Shown here piece by piece: positions 23,724-24,024 of a DNA stretch of 24,024 nt (positions within the stretch are counted from its first letter, which is position 1; each line of letters begins with the position of its first letter). The position numbers and the translations under genes are program-made. The notes under the pieces are model-generated. The model was given only the letters and a program-made list of their open reading frames with translations. It had not been told where the DNA came from and did no database searches. The DNA is from an uncultured virus (IMG/VR IMGVR_UViG_3300035135_002062) (taxonomy: Duplodnaviria > Heunggongvirae > Uroviricota > Caudoviricetes), in the IMG/VR virus record IMGVR_UViG_3300035135_002062, one strand, 5' to 3'.

Positions 23724-23966
23724 ATGAAAGGTTATATTACAAAACACAAAAAGGGTTATACCCTTACAATCGTAGATAATAGCGGTTGTAAACACCATTT
23801 TATCGTTAAGGATTTGAATAGACTTTGTAAACAAGTCACTAAAACTCCTTTGTCTAAAATTAGAAGTAAGAATATCGGTATCGGTCAATTCATTACTGAT
23901 AAACTTGGTTTTGGGTTTGACTGCGAATTAGACATTATGGGTAGATATGAATTCTATCACACATAA
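23724..23966 (+). CDS. Small hypothetical protein
   Basis: 80-aa ORF between a promoter and a terminator. Confidence 0.75.
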   Translation: MKGYITKHKKGYTLTIVDNSGCKHHFIVKDLNRLCKQVTKTPLSKIRSKNIGIGQFITDKLGFGFDCELDIMGRYEFYHT

Positions 23967-23991
23967 AGTAGACCAATTACATAAACCACTT

Positions 23992-24024
23992 AAAACCCAC
24001 ACCTCACATTGTGGGTTTTTTTTT
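23992..24024 (+). terminator. Intrinsic terminator
   Basis: AAAACCCACA-cctcacat-TGTGGGTTTT plus a T run. Confidence 0.8.

Noticed and set aside
1..24024. Stop-codon reassignment, tRNA or rRNA genes
   Set aside because: Recognisable genes are intact and tightly packed under the standard code with TAA, TAG and TGA all used as stops; no cloverleaf or rRNA-like stretch was seen by eye (tRNAscan-SE would confirm).

Overview
AT-rich, gene-dense segment that most likely comes from a large dsDNA phage infecting Bacteroidota/Flavobacteriia. This is an inference: there are TTTG-N19-20-TAnnTTTG host-type promoters, no Shine-Dalgarno motifs and Flavobacteria-like secreted proteins, but no hallmark capsid, terminase or polymerase gene. 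Left and middle (1-20.9 kb): mixed-orientation genes, many preceded by a TATTTAT(A) motif. They include a GIY-YIG/T5orf172-like nuclease, a lysozyme-like enzyme, a ferredoxin, a lipoprotein, a DUF1796 peptidase and a NUDIX hydrolase. A sugar/glycan-tailoring cluster holds two paralogous GT-like proteins, a B12 radical SAM, a short DegT aminotransferase, a 2OG-Fe(II) oxygenase, an RmlD-like reductase, RmlB, a UDP-glucose dehydrogenase-like enzyme and an SGNH protein. At least six otherwise unrelated acidic or charged proteins share an N-terminal 'MKKIxITExQxxxL' leader; one of them carries an annexin repeat plus a peptidoglycan-binding domain. A palindromic G/C-tract island at about 20.95-21.14 kb marks an abrupt switch. 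Beyond it lies a co-oriented array of small promoter-gene-terminator units, with a 51-bp exact repeat and a family of degenerate TTGGCA/TCGGCA-ended repeats in the spacers.
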